DNA from: Alphaproteobacteria bacterium
GTDB lineage: Bacteria; Pseudomonadota; Alphaproteobacteria; UBA828
Direction: 5' to 3'
Length of the DNA: 64,000 nucleotides
Assembly: GCA_965221125.1 (NCBI GenBank)
Contig: CBDCRW010000007.1
Span: 1 to 64,000 of the forward strand
How positions within the stretch are numbered: the first letter of the stretch is position 1; each line of letters opens with the position of its first letter. Shown here in pieces: positions 20,480 to 29,155 of the stretch. The translations under genes and the position numbers were made by a program. The notes under the pieces are model-generated. The model saw only the letters and a list, made by a program, of their open reading frames with translations, did not search any database and was not told the origin of the DNA.

Positions 20480-20761
20480 ATGATCAAGAGCTACAGAAAC
20501 GCCGACACGGAAGCGGTCGCGAGGCGGGAGCGTCTGAGGCGTCTGCCCGCCGACCTTCAGCGGCGCGCACAGGCGAAGCTGATGATGCTGAACAGCGCGA
20601 GGACCCTGAACGATCTGCGTGTGCCTCCGGGGAACCGGCTGGAAGCGCTGTCGGGGGACCGAAGGGGCCAGTACAGCATTCGGATCAACGATCGCTGGCG
20701 GATCTGCTTTTCGTGGAGGCAGGGAGACGCATACGACGTTGAGATGGTGGACTATCACTGA
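20480..20761 (+). CDS. higB: HigB (RelE/ParE family) toxin
   Basis: MIKSY...[33 protein letters not shown]...VDYH. Confidence 0.92.
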   Translation: MIKSYRNADTEAVARRERLRRLPADLQRRAQAKLMMLNSARTLNDLRVPPGNRLEALSGDRRGQYSIRINDRWRICFSWRQGDAYDVEMVDYH

Positions 20762-20796
20762 AGTCGTGACGGGCGCGACGGGAAGGACGCAGGCAG

Positions 20797-21123
20797 ATGG
20801 GAACATCGACACGGAAACAGGGCTGCAAGCTGCGCCCCATCCATCCCGGCGAAATACTCAATGAGGAGTTCCTGGTTCCGCTGAAGCTCACTCAGTATCG
20901 GCTGGCGCGGTCGGTCGGTGTCGACCCCCGCCGCATCCACGCCATCGTGCGCGGCGAGCGCTCCATCTCGGCTGAGACGGCTTTGCTGTTCTCGCGCTTC
21001 TTCGGGAACTCGGCGGAGTTCTGGATGGGTCTGCAAAGCCAGTACGATCTGGAGCGGGAACAGGATCGTCTAGCCGACAGACTTGGGAAGGTGGCGGTGT
21101 ACGGCGCTCGTCCCGTGGCCTGA
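20797..21123 (+). CDS. higA: HigA antitoxin
   Basis: PIHPGEILNEEFL, HTH, FWMGLQSQYDL. Confidence 0.92.
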   Translation: MGTSTRKQGCKLRPIHPGEILNEEFLVPLKLTQYRLARSVGVDPRRIHAIVRGERSISAETALLFSRFFGNSAEFWMGLQSQYDLEREQDRLADRLGKVAVYGARPVA

Positions 21124-21324
21124 GCAATCGGTGGCGGGCTCGGTCGCCGAACGGTGTCTGGAGTGGCGCGGATCGCCGATAATGCTACGCGCCGCCCGCC
21201 CCTCTCCAAGCTGTTCTTCGCCGACGGCGGGGAGGGAGACATTCGAGCCGTGGACACACCCGCGTTCGCCAGGTTTCCATGTGGGCGAGTGAGCCCCACG
21301 ATATAAGACTGCCGAAAGAACGCC

Positions 21325-22203
21325 ATGGGTTCCGTTGCCGACAAGATCGCAAGGAAGATTCTCACGTCCCGCGGCTCGAAGGTCGTCGATCTGGCGGGTT
21401 GGCAGGAGGGCAGGAAGATGGCCCTCGAAGCCGGTTTCGGTGGCGAGGGCCCGGTCCCCGACAAGTTCGCGGACCTTGACCCGTGCCACGGCATCTACGC
21501 GATGGCGGAGAACATCGTCTCCCTCATGGCCGAATCGATTTCCGGGATGAGAGAGGCGAAGGGCTTCGTCAGGATCGTCGGCGACGCCGAGGACGAATAC
21601 CTGCCGTCCGGGCCGCCGATGAGTCCGCTGACCGCCAGCTATTTCACGATGTGGGCGTTCTTCGACGTCCAGTTCGGGAGCAGCCGGGAGACCATGGGCA
21701 ACTGCATCCTGCGGATCGCGCCCGAGTTCGATTGCCCGTCCTGGCTGATCGACGCCATTGAGCGGATGCAGCACTCGAGGATGGGCTTCTACGTCCATTG
21801 CGGCAGCGAGGGCGAGGGGGTCCTGCTGCGCGAGGTCGGCACGCGGGAGATGGTCTCCTGCACGGTTCCCGCCGGCTATGCCGGCCGCGAGGGGGAGGTC
21901 TGGTTCGTGCGTGTGCTTCCACCGCCCAACAGCCTGTGCCGCCGGCATATCGTGTTCAACACGCCCTACGTCTTCCGGGACTGGCCCGAACAAGCCTTTG
22001 TCGACTATCTTGAGCGCGAGCTCGCGCGGATGATGGCAAAGAAGCCGCCCAGGACGGATGACCCGCACGGTCATCTGATGAAGTACGGTCCGGGTCCCAA
22101 CCACTGGAACGAATACGTCTTCTGCGCGTATGTCGGTCATCGGCACGAGGCGATCTTTCTGACCGGCATCCCGGACATGCGGCAGAGTCTTCCCCATGCC
22201 TAG
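21325..22203 (+). CDS. Hypothetical protein, 292 aa
   Basis: Strong coding bias and globular composition; no family recognised. Confidence 0.75.
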   Translation: MGSVADKIARKILTSRGSKVVDLAGWQEGRKMALEAGFGGEGPVPDKFADLDPCHGIYAMAENIVSLMAESISGMREAKGFVRIVGDAEDEYLPSGPPMSPLTASYFTMWAFFDVQFGSSRETMGNCILRIAPEFDCPSWLIDAIERMQHSRMGFYVHCGSEGEGVLLREVGTREMVSCTVPAGYAGREGEVWFVRVLPPPNSLCRRHIVFNTPYVFRDWPEQAFVDYLERELARMMAKKPPRTDDPHGHLMKYGPGPNHWNEYVFCAYVGHRHEAIFLTGIPDMRQSLPHA

Positions 22204-22267
22204 ACCGATCCGTAGTCCAGCCATCAGGTATCGACAGCAAGTTTGGGTGCGCATCGGGAAGGCCTTT

Positions 22268-22434
22268 GCGCGCCCTGGCGCTGGGCCATGACCTCACGAT
22301 GATCGGCAAGCTTCTCGGGCACAGGAAGCTGCAGAGCACCGCGCGGTACGCGCACCTGGCGCGGGACTCGGTGAAGGAGTCAGCGGCGCTGGTGGCGGCC
22401 AGCATCGCCGCCGATATCATGCCGTGAGAGTGGC
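22268..22434 (+). pseudogene. Duplicated 3' end of integrase 2 (direct repeat of 20203-20369)
   Basis: 167-bp near-identical copy encoding RALALGHDLTMIGKLLGH...ADIMP*, with 3 synonymous differences seen. Confidence 0.88.
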
Positions 22435-24331
22435 CGGACCGACCGTCAAGGCCGCATCGGCATCGACGAGGGATAACTGGCCGGTGGTCCGTATCGCCGA
22501 TGACTGGACTCCTACGCTGGCGAAGGGGCTCGCCGCGCTGAACAACCGCGACCTCACGGTCATGGTGAACTGGCTCTCGGTGCCGAAGCCGCGGCCCACG
22601 CGCAAGGCCGACATGATCGCGGCCATCGAGGGCCGTCTCAGCGGGGCCTCGCTTGGCCTCCTGTGGGACGGTCTCGACGAGGTTCAACGACTGGCGGTGG
22701 GCGAGGCGCTGCACGATGCCGAGGGCTTCGATGCCGCGCGGTTCGAGGCCAAGTACGACGCTTTTCCTGCGGGCTTCGACGGGATCGGCGCCCCCGGTGC
22801 ATTGCCCTTACGCCTCTTTCTTCATTTCCGCGGCGGTCACGTGGGCTCGGCACCGTTCATCCCGCCCGATCTGGCGGAGCGCCTGCGTGCGTTCGTGCCC
22901 GCGCCACCCGAGGCGACGCTCGCTGGCGAGGACGAGCTGCCGGAGGCGATAGACCGGCGACGGCGCGGCTACGTGCCCAAGGGAGAAGAGCCGACATTCG
23001 ACCGCGTCGCGCTGGTTCGGCGCGACATGGAGCGCGCGGCGCAGAGGGACCTGGTCGCCGTGCTGCGCCTGATCGATCTCGGCCGGGTTGCGGTGAGCGC
23101 GAAGACGCGGCGGGCCTCGGCGGCCTCGGCGGCGGCCATCGCCGGGGAGCTGGATGGGGGCGACTTCTACGACCTTGCCGAGAAGCGGGAGAGCTGGGAG
23201 CAGGCGGTCGGCCCCATCAAGGCGCACGCCTGGCCGTGGCTGGTGCAGGCGGGCAAGCTGGCCGAGCTCAGGGGCTCGAAGCTGGCGCTGACGAAGAAGG
23301 GCCATGCAGCGCTGGGCGCGCCAGCAGCGGAGACGTTGCGCCACCTCTGGCAACGCTGGATCAGGAACGACCTGCTCGACGAGTTCAGCCGCATCGACGC
23401 CATCAAGGGCCAGAGCCGCGGCAAGGGCAAGCGCGCGCTGACTGCGGTCTCGACGCGCCGCCCGGTGGTGGCCGAGGCGCTGGAGCAATGTCCGTTGGGC
23501 CGCTGGGTACGCTTCGACGAGTTCTCGCGCTTCATGCAGGCGGCGTCCTTCGATTTCGGTATCACGCGCGATCCGTGGAAGCTCTACCTCTTCGATTCTC
23601 ACTACGACAGCCTTGGCTATGACGGTTGTCACGGCTGGAACATCCTGCAGGGCCGCTATCTTCTGTGCGTGTTGTTCGAGTACGCCGCGACGCTGGGCCT
23701 GATCGACGTCGCCTACATCCACCCCAAGGGAGCGCGGGTGGATTTCACGGGGCTGCCGGGGAGCGACGAGCTGGCCTGGCTCAGCCGCTATGACGGGCTG
23801 CAGTATTTCCGACTGAACGCGCTCGGCGCCTACTGTCTGGGGCTCGCCGATACGTACGAGCCGGGCGCGTTTCTGGAGCGCACGTCCCTGACGGTCTTTC
23901 CCGACCTGAGGGTGTGCGCCGGCGGGGCATTGTCGGCGGACGAGAGGCTGATGCTGGAGACGTTCGCGGAGGCCGAGGCGGAGGGCGTCTGGCGCCTGGC
24001 GCGCGACAGGACGCTGGCGGCCTTCGAGAGCGGGCACGATGGCGACGGCCTGCGCGCTTTTCTGGCGGCACGGGACGAGCAGCCCCTGCCCGAGAGGGTC
24101 GAGGGCTTCCTGCGCAACGTCGAGCGCGGCGCGGATGCGCTCAAGGCGCGCGGCACGGCGCTGTTGATCGAGTGCGTCGACGAAGATGTTGCGGCGAGAA
24201 TTGCGGGCGACGAGCGCCTGGCGAAGCTCTGCCTGCGCGCGGGGAAAAAGCACCTGGTGGTCCAGACGAGGGCCGAGGCGGCGTTCCGCAAGGCCGTTCG
24301 CGACCTCGGCTTCGGCATTCGCAGTGCATGA
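22424..24331 (+). CDS. Helicase-associated (XPB/Helicase_C_3-like) domain protein; true start probably slightly downstream
   Basis: C-terminal VWRLARDRTLAAFESG..LRAFL...PLPERVEGFL; no Walker motifs. Confidence 0.65.
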   Translation: MRVAGPTVKAASASTRDNWPVVRIADDWTPTLAKGLAALNNRDLTVMVNWLSVPKPRPTRKADMIAAIEGRLSGASLGLLWDGLDEVQRLAVGEALHDAEGFDAARFEAKYDAFPAGFDGIGAPGALPLRLFLHFRGGHVGSAPFIPPDLAERLRAFVPAPPEATLAGEDELPEAIDRRRRGYVPKGEEPTFDRVALVRRDMERAAQRDLVAVLRLIDLGRVAVSAKTRRASAASAAAIAGELDGGDFYDLAEKRESWEQAVGPIKAHAWPWLVQAGKLAELRGSKLALTKKGHAALGAPAAETLRHLWQRWIRNDLLDEFSRIDAIKGQSRGKGKRALTAVSTRRPVVAEALEQCPLGRWVRFDEFSRFMQAASFDFGITRDPWKLYLFDSHYDSLGYDGCHGWNILQGRYLLCVLFEYAATLGLIDVAYIHPKGARVDFTGLPGSDELAWLSRYDGLQYFRLNALGAYCLGLADTYEPGAFLERTSLTVFPDLRVCAGGALSADERLMLETFAEAEAEGVWRLARDRTLAAFESGHDGDGLRAFLAARDEQPLPERVEGFLRNVERGADALKARGTALLIECVDEDVAARIAGDERLAKLCLRAGKKHLVVQTRAEAAFRKAVRDLGFGIRSA

Positions 24332-24578
24332 GCGGCGGATCGGTGTCCTCATTCTGCGCGCCGGTGGCCGACGCCATCGGCACCCATGCCGGGCCTGAAC
24401 AGATCGGCCGGAGGGAAGCTCGGTGATGCGGTGTCGCCTCTGCGCCGGCACCGGTAAGATCGTCCTGCTCGCCGCGCTGATGGCCGGAATGGGAGCGAGA
24501 ATATGACCGGCTCCGCTCAACGCGGCGTGAGGCGGTGTCGAGCCCTCGCCAGGTCCAGCGAGGGGACGGCGGCTCGCG

Positions 24579-25646
24579 TTAGTCTGCGTTCTCCAGCCGC
24601 GCGATCAGCTCGTCGCCCGTGGCGCAGTCGATGATCCACTCGCCGACGTCGGTCAGCCGCCCCGGCTCCCCGATCCCGGCCAACAGTGCGGCGGCGCGCT
24701 CGGCGATGTCATCGCCGAACTTCCGCTCGGTGAGGCGCCGCAACAGCAGGCGTTCATGTTCGACGCCCTCGGCGCGGCCCAACTCGACGCCCTCGGCACG
24801 ACCCTTCTCGACGCCCTCGGCGCGGCCCTGCTCACGGTCGGCTTCACGCCACGCGCGAACACGGTCCTGGACCGGCGTCCGCATCTCTCCTTCTTCAGGA
24901 ATCCGTTCCATCTCCTCGAACTCCTCGATCAAAGCGCCTGCGGCGCCCTGCCCGGCAAGCAAAGTGAACCAGTCATAAAGCGTCCGGCGCAACTGCCGGT
25001 GCTCGGCGCCGCGAAGGGCGGAGAACGCCTCACGCAGCGTCGCGTATCCCTCACTATACGACGACATCCGCTCGATGCCGACCACAAGTGAGAGCACGTC
25101 GACTGGTGCGGAATCTCCGGCTTCAACCCGGCCAACGTCAAGCGTCACGTAGCCCGAGCCGGCATACGTCGGCACGGAGGCGATGCGACTTGGGGGACGG
25201 GCCTCCGGTGCAACCAGCTCCTCGACGCTCGCCGCAGCCGTCCACGGAGACTTCCCGTTGTACAGCACCACGGGGAGCACCGGCGGCAGACGGTCGGACG
25301 CGCCGAAGCGGCGATCCGCCCAGAGCCCGCGATAGAGCAGGTCCACGTAGGTCCGAACCCGCAGCGCCATCAGGTGGTCCACCGCAGACTGGAACTCGAT
25401 CAGCACGAAGAGGTAGGCCCAATCGTCCTCGCCGCCGTCGCGCAGGCGCACGCGCCAGATCAGGTCGCTCAGGTGGCGGTGCAGGGTCTCGTCGATGCGC
25501 TCGGTGGGCACCGGCTCCAGGGTCTCGGGGTCGAAGGCCGCGATCCACGCCGGGCCGTCGTCGATCATGCCCTCGACGAAGCGGAGCAGGTGCTCGACGG
25601 AAATCCTGTGGGAGAAGATCGACTTGTAGCACTCGTCGTAGCGCAT
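24579..25646 (-). CDS. Rpn-family (YhgA-like/Transposase_31) PD-(D/E)XK nuclease, copy 1
   Basis: D..YKSIFSH, SDLIWRV, LIEFQS, LPPVLPVVLYNG, C-terminal GRAEGVE repeats. Confidence 0.88.
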   Translation of the reverse strand: MRYDECYKSIFSHRISVEHLLRFVEGMIDDGPAWIAAFDPETLEPVPTERIDETLHRHLSDLIWRVRLRDGGEDDWAYLFVLIEFQSAVDHLMALRVRTYVDLLYRGLWADRRFGASDRLPPVLPVVLYNGKSPWTAAASVEELVAPEARPPSRIASVPTYAGSGYVTLDVGRVEAGDSAPVDVLSLVVGIERMSSYSEGYATLREAFSALRGAEHRQLRRTLYDWFTLLAGQGAAGALIEEFEEMERIPEEGEMRTPVQDRVRAWREADREQGRAEGVEKGRAEGVELGRAEGVEHERLLLRRLTERKFGDDIAERAAALLAGIGEPGRLTDVGEWIIDCATGDELIARLENAD

Positions 25647-26278
25647 GGCCGCGTCCTCTTCGGGGCGGCCGCGTGCTCATGCTGCAACCGTCGCCGGCGA
25701 TGGTATCCGAGGGCGTGCTGGGAGGCCAGAATCCCGTGGCGCGGAGGGTCGTCAAAGAGGGCCGGGTGAGCAGGGCAAATGAGCGCTGCGATCATGGACG
25801 TGGCAGACGCGCGCAGCATGTGCCGACCTTATCCAATTGCGCCGCTACGTGGCGCGCCCAGATGGCGGTTTTCGCCGTCGCGGCCGCGTGCACTCCGGAA
25901 GCCGCCGTCATCAAAACCGCGGCATGGCGGCGGAGAATACGCGCTCCGCTGCCGCCTCGTGCGGGGTCGAGCGGGCGCGCGCCGGCCGCGACCAAACAGT
26001 TGAGGACGACGAAAAAATTGTTGGGGCCATCGGAGCCGGGCTGCTGCTGCGCCGCTCACGGTGGGTGCGCCGACACCTTTATATGCCTGCGCCCCATCGA
26101 TGTGCCGGCGGCGCTCAAAGTACGGCGATTCGGGCGATCCGGATTGCCGATGCGGGCGCAGCCCTTGAGGACGCCGCGCGGGAACCCCACGATGATTACG
26201 TGGTGGCGGGACATGAAGTGCCGATGCCCATTGCACGCTGTAGCCCCAAGCCGTTGTCTGGCGTGCTGAATTTCGGGC

Positions 26279-26601
26279 TTGCAAAGGCTGCGGAATTGTG
26301 GCGAGAATTCGCTTCAGCACGTTGAGCGGCACGGAGGATGACGCGGTGACGTGCAGGGAGGCTGCAACGACGGGGGCGGAAGCCCCGGACAGGATCGGGA
26401 ACGCAGCATGGTTCATCGCCGCATGGGTCGGGTATTCGGCCTGCCGAGGCACATCTCATGAGTGGACAAGATTGGGGTGATGTGGTGAAGTTCATGGGCT
26501 ATGGACAGTTGCCGAGTCGTCAGGTACGTTGACGGCCGAATTGATGAACCCAGCGAGGCCTCTTGGCGAGGCCTCTTCAAGCAGAGGAGAGCCTCGGAGC
26601 C
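26279..26601 (+). promoter_or_regulatory. Conserved promoter and long structured leader of lipoprotein 2
   Basis: TTGCAA-N18-GAGAAT (26279-26308); block-wise homology to 57356-57642 (-); SD inside AGAGGAGAGCCT (26583-26594). Confidence 0.65.
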
Positions 26602-29046
26602 ATGAAGAAGACGAAGCTGACTCGCAGTTTGATGGCGGCGGTCTCGATCGTTGCCCTTTCGGCCGTCATGTACGGCTGCTCGAACGGCCACAGCGATGCC
26701 GACCTGGACGCGGCAGCGGAAAAGGCGAAGATGGAGGCCGAACAGGCCCAGATGGACCTCGACGCGGCGGTCGATGCGACGGAAGCGGCCCGTATGGCTG
26801 TCGCCGGTCTTTCCGACGCGTCCACGGACGCGGAGATCATGGCCGCACGGATGGCGGTCACGGAAGCGCAGCAGGCCGCAGCGGAGCTGGCCGACGATCA
26901 CAGTCTGCACGCGTCGATTACTCAGATCGACACTGACCTGCAAGCCATAGAGATGGCTCGGGCGAATGCCGACCAGCAGCAGATGGTGGCCGACCAGACC
27001 CAGGCGGTGAATAACGCTTTGGGTGCGGCGAGGATGGCTGTCGAAGCTCTGGATCGGGCCGGGGCGACTGACGAAGCCGTCGCAGCTGCGAGGGGCTTGG
27101 TCATGGCCGCCCAGGATGCCCTGGATGCCGCGACGGCGTTGTCTGACGAGCAGCGTTCGGGCTTGGCCGGGATGATCATGGCCGTTTCCGGCACGCTCCA
27201 GGGGATCGAAGAGTACCGTGCTTCCGAACCGGGGCAGCTGGCGGTGGCCGAGGCAGCGGTTGAAGCGGCCCAAATGATGGTGGATGCACTGACCGACGAT
27301 TCCACGCCTGAGGAAGTGGGGGCTGCACACGCTGCTCTGCAGAGGGCGAAGCAGGCGGTTGCGGCTGCCGAGAACCTCGACGAAAACGTGCGCGCGCGCT
27401 TGCACGGTCAGATCGCCGATCTGGAAATGGAGCTCGGCGACACCGAGACGGATGTGGCGAATCTCAGGAGCGCGCAAGACGCGATCAATGCAGCGCAGGC
27501 TGCCGTCGACGCCTTGGGCGACGAAGCCACTTCGGAGGCTGCGAACGCCGCCAACGCTCTTGTCGCTGCCGCGCGCACTGCATTGGCCAATCTGAGTGAT
27601 GAGGACGCCGCTCGGTTGGAGAGCCAGGTCGCGGCCTTGGAGATGGAGATTTCAGGCATTCAGTCTGAGATAGCGAACCGGGGTATGGTGGCCGCAGCGA
27701 CCAAGGAGGCGGGCACCAAGGAGATGGCCATCGCGGCGGAGGCCGAACAGATGGCCGACGCCGGTCTCGGTGGCAGTGACCACGTGAACGCGGACGGTAC
27801 TGATGGCAATGCGGATGATCCGTATGGTTTGGACATCACACGCGATCGCGACGGCACGGAGATCAAGATCACTGACCATGGCATGATGGGCGACGACGAT
27901 CCGAAGTTCATGCAGACCATGGACTTGGGCGGCGGAACCACCATGCATGTCCGTGAGTTGGAAGCGGACGATGATGGCAACGTCGTGTCGGAGGTTGTGA
28001 TCGTCAGCACCACCATCGAAGCGCCGAAGGCGGTGGCGTTCGCGGAATTCGAAGTTCACGCCGCTGATGGTACAGTAACGATGCCCCAAGCGCTTAACGT
28101 CAGACAAGATGGCGTAGCGGTGGACGCAGATAATCCTGCTGATTCGCGCGATCTCGGCGCCGCCTTGAGCGGAGGCACCGAAGCCGACGCAGCCATTCTT
28201 GCGTTGGTCAAGTCTAGTAGCTTTGTCACGGTCAATCCGGCGGAGACCGAGTTGACCTTCAAGATGGATGACGCAACAACCGACGACGAGGACGAAGCCT
28301 TTGAAGGTGCTGGTACCTACAACGGCGCGATGGGAACATACAGGTGCGCCGGTACGGCCGTGTGCACGGTCACACTTGATGCGGAAGGCATGATCACCGC
28401 CATGAGCGATGGCTGGATCTTCACTCCCGCCGAGGGTGCCACCTCTGACCAGCCGGACTATAACTTCCTGCACTACGGGTTCTGGCTGAAGCGGACGATG
28501 GCAGACGGGGCGACCGCATACGACGAGGTCGAGACCTTTGCCGGTTCGTCGGTCAATGCGAGCGTTGATGTCAGTGCAGTCAGAGGCACAGCGACCTACG
28601 ATGGCCACGCTACGGGCGTGTACGTGCACAGCGTGAGCAACCCGGACGGCACACGCGCATCGGCCACCTCCGGTCACTTCATGGCAGACGCCATGTTGAA
28701 GGCGTATTTCGGGCAGATGCCGGTTTCCGACACGGACACAACGGGTACGATCGCGCCGAACAAGCTGTGGACCGTCTCCGGCACCATTAGCGACTTCGAG
28801 TTGTCCGGTGAAGAGCAGAATAAATGGTCGGTGAACTTGAAGGAAGCCGACTATGAGACCACCAATTCCACTGGAGTGTTCGCGGGCGATGCCGAGGGCG
28901 GGGGAGAATCGGGTTCATACAATGGAACCTTCCACGGCGCGGCGGACGCCGATAACCAGCCCCACAGCGTGGTTGGTGAGTTCAACGCCAACTTCAGCAA
29001 CGGCTCGGTGGCTGGTGCCTTCGGGGCGACGAAGGACGACGAGTAG
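26602..29046 (+). CDS. Surface lipoprotein 2 (Ala-rich coiled-coil stalk plus TbpB-like barrel), 814 aa
   Basis: Same MKKTKLTRSL..AVMYG-C signal as lipoprotein 1; YGFWL, ATYDGHATGVY and terminal GAFGA. Confidence 0.87.
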   Translation: MKKTKLTRSLMAAVSIVALSAVMYGCSNGHSDADLDAAAEKAKMEAEQAQMDLDAAVDATEAARMAVAGLSDASTDAEIMAARMAVTEAQQAAAELADDHSLHASITQIDTDLQAIEMARANADQQQMVADQTQAVNNALGAARMAVEALDRAGATDEAVAAARGLVMAAQDALDAATALSDEQRSGLAGMIMAVSGTLQGIEEYRASEPGQLAVAEAAVEAAQMMVDALTDDSTPEEVGAAHAALQRAKQAVAAAENLDENVRARLHGQIADLEMELGDTETDVANLRSAQDAINAAQAAVDALGDEATSEAANAANALVAAARTALANLSDEDAARLESQVAALEMEISGIQSEIANRGMVAAATKEAGTKEMAIAAEAEQMADAGLGGSDHVNADGTDGNADDPYGLDITRDRDGTEIKITDHGMMGDDDPKFMQTMDLGGGTTMHVRELEADDDGNVVSEVVIVSTTIEAPKAVAFAEFEVHAADGTVTMPQALNVRQDGVAVDADNPADSRDLGAALSGGTEADAAILALVKSSSFVTVNPAETELTFKMDDATTDDEDEAFEGAGTYNGAMGTYRCAGTAVCTVTLDAEGMITAMSDGWIFTPAEGATSDQPDYNFLHYGFWLKRTMADGATAYDEVETFAGSSVNASVDVSAVRGTATYDGHATGVYVHSVSNPDGTRASATSGHFMADAMLKAYFGQMPVSDTDTTGTIAPNKLWTVSGTISDFELSGEEQNKWSVNLKEADYETTNSTGVFAGDAEGGGESGSYNGTFHGAADADNQPHSVVGEFNANFSNGSVAGAFGATKDDE

Positions 29047-29107
29047 AGCAATCATCAGGTTCGAGGCTTTTCGATGAAAACCTGATCCTCTGCTTCAAGA
29101 CTACTTT

Positions 29108-29138
29108 AGGGGGTGGCCGGATTGCCGCCCCCTTTTTT
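29108..29138 (+). terminator. Intrinsic terminator/attenuator between lipoprotein 2 and Slam 2
   Basis: AGGGGGTGGC-CGGATT-GCCGCCCCCT then TTTTT. Confidence 0.75.
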
Positions 29139-29155
29139 CCGTTCGCCGACCACCA

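Noticed and set aside
17961-24331. Integron with gene cassettes
   Set aside because: The integrases are arm-domain phage type, not IntI, and I saw no attC-like sites.
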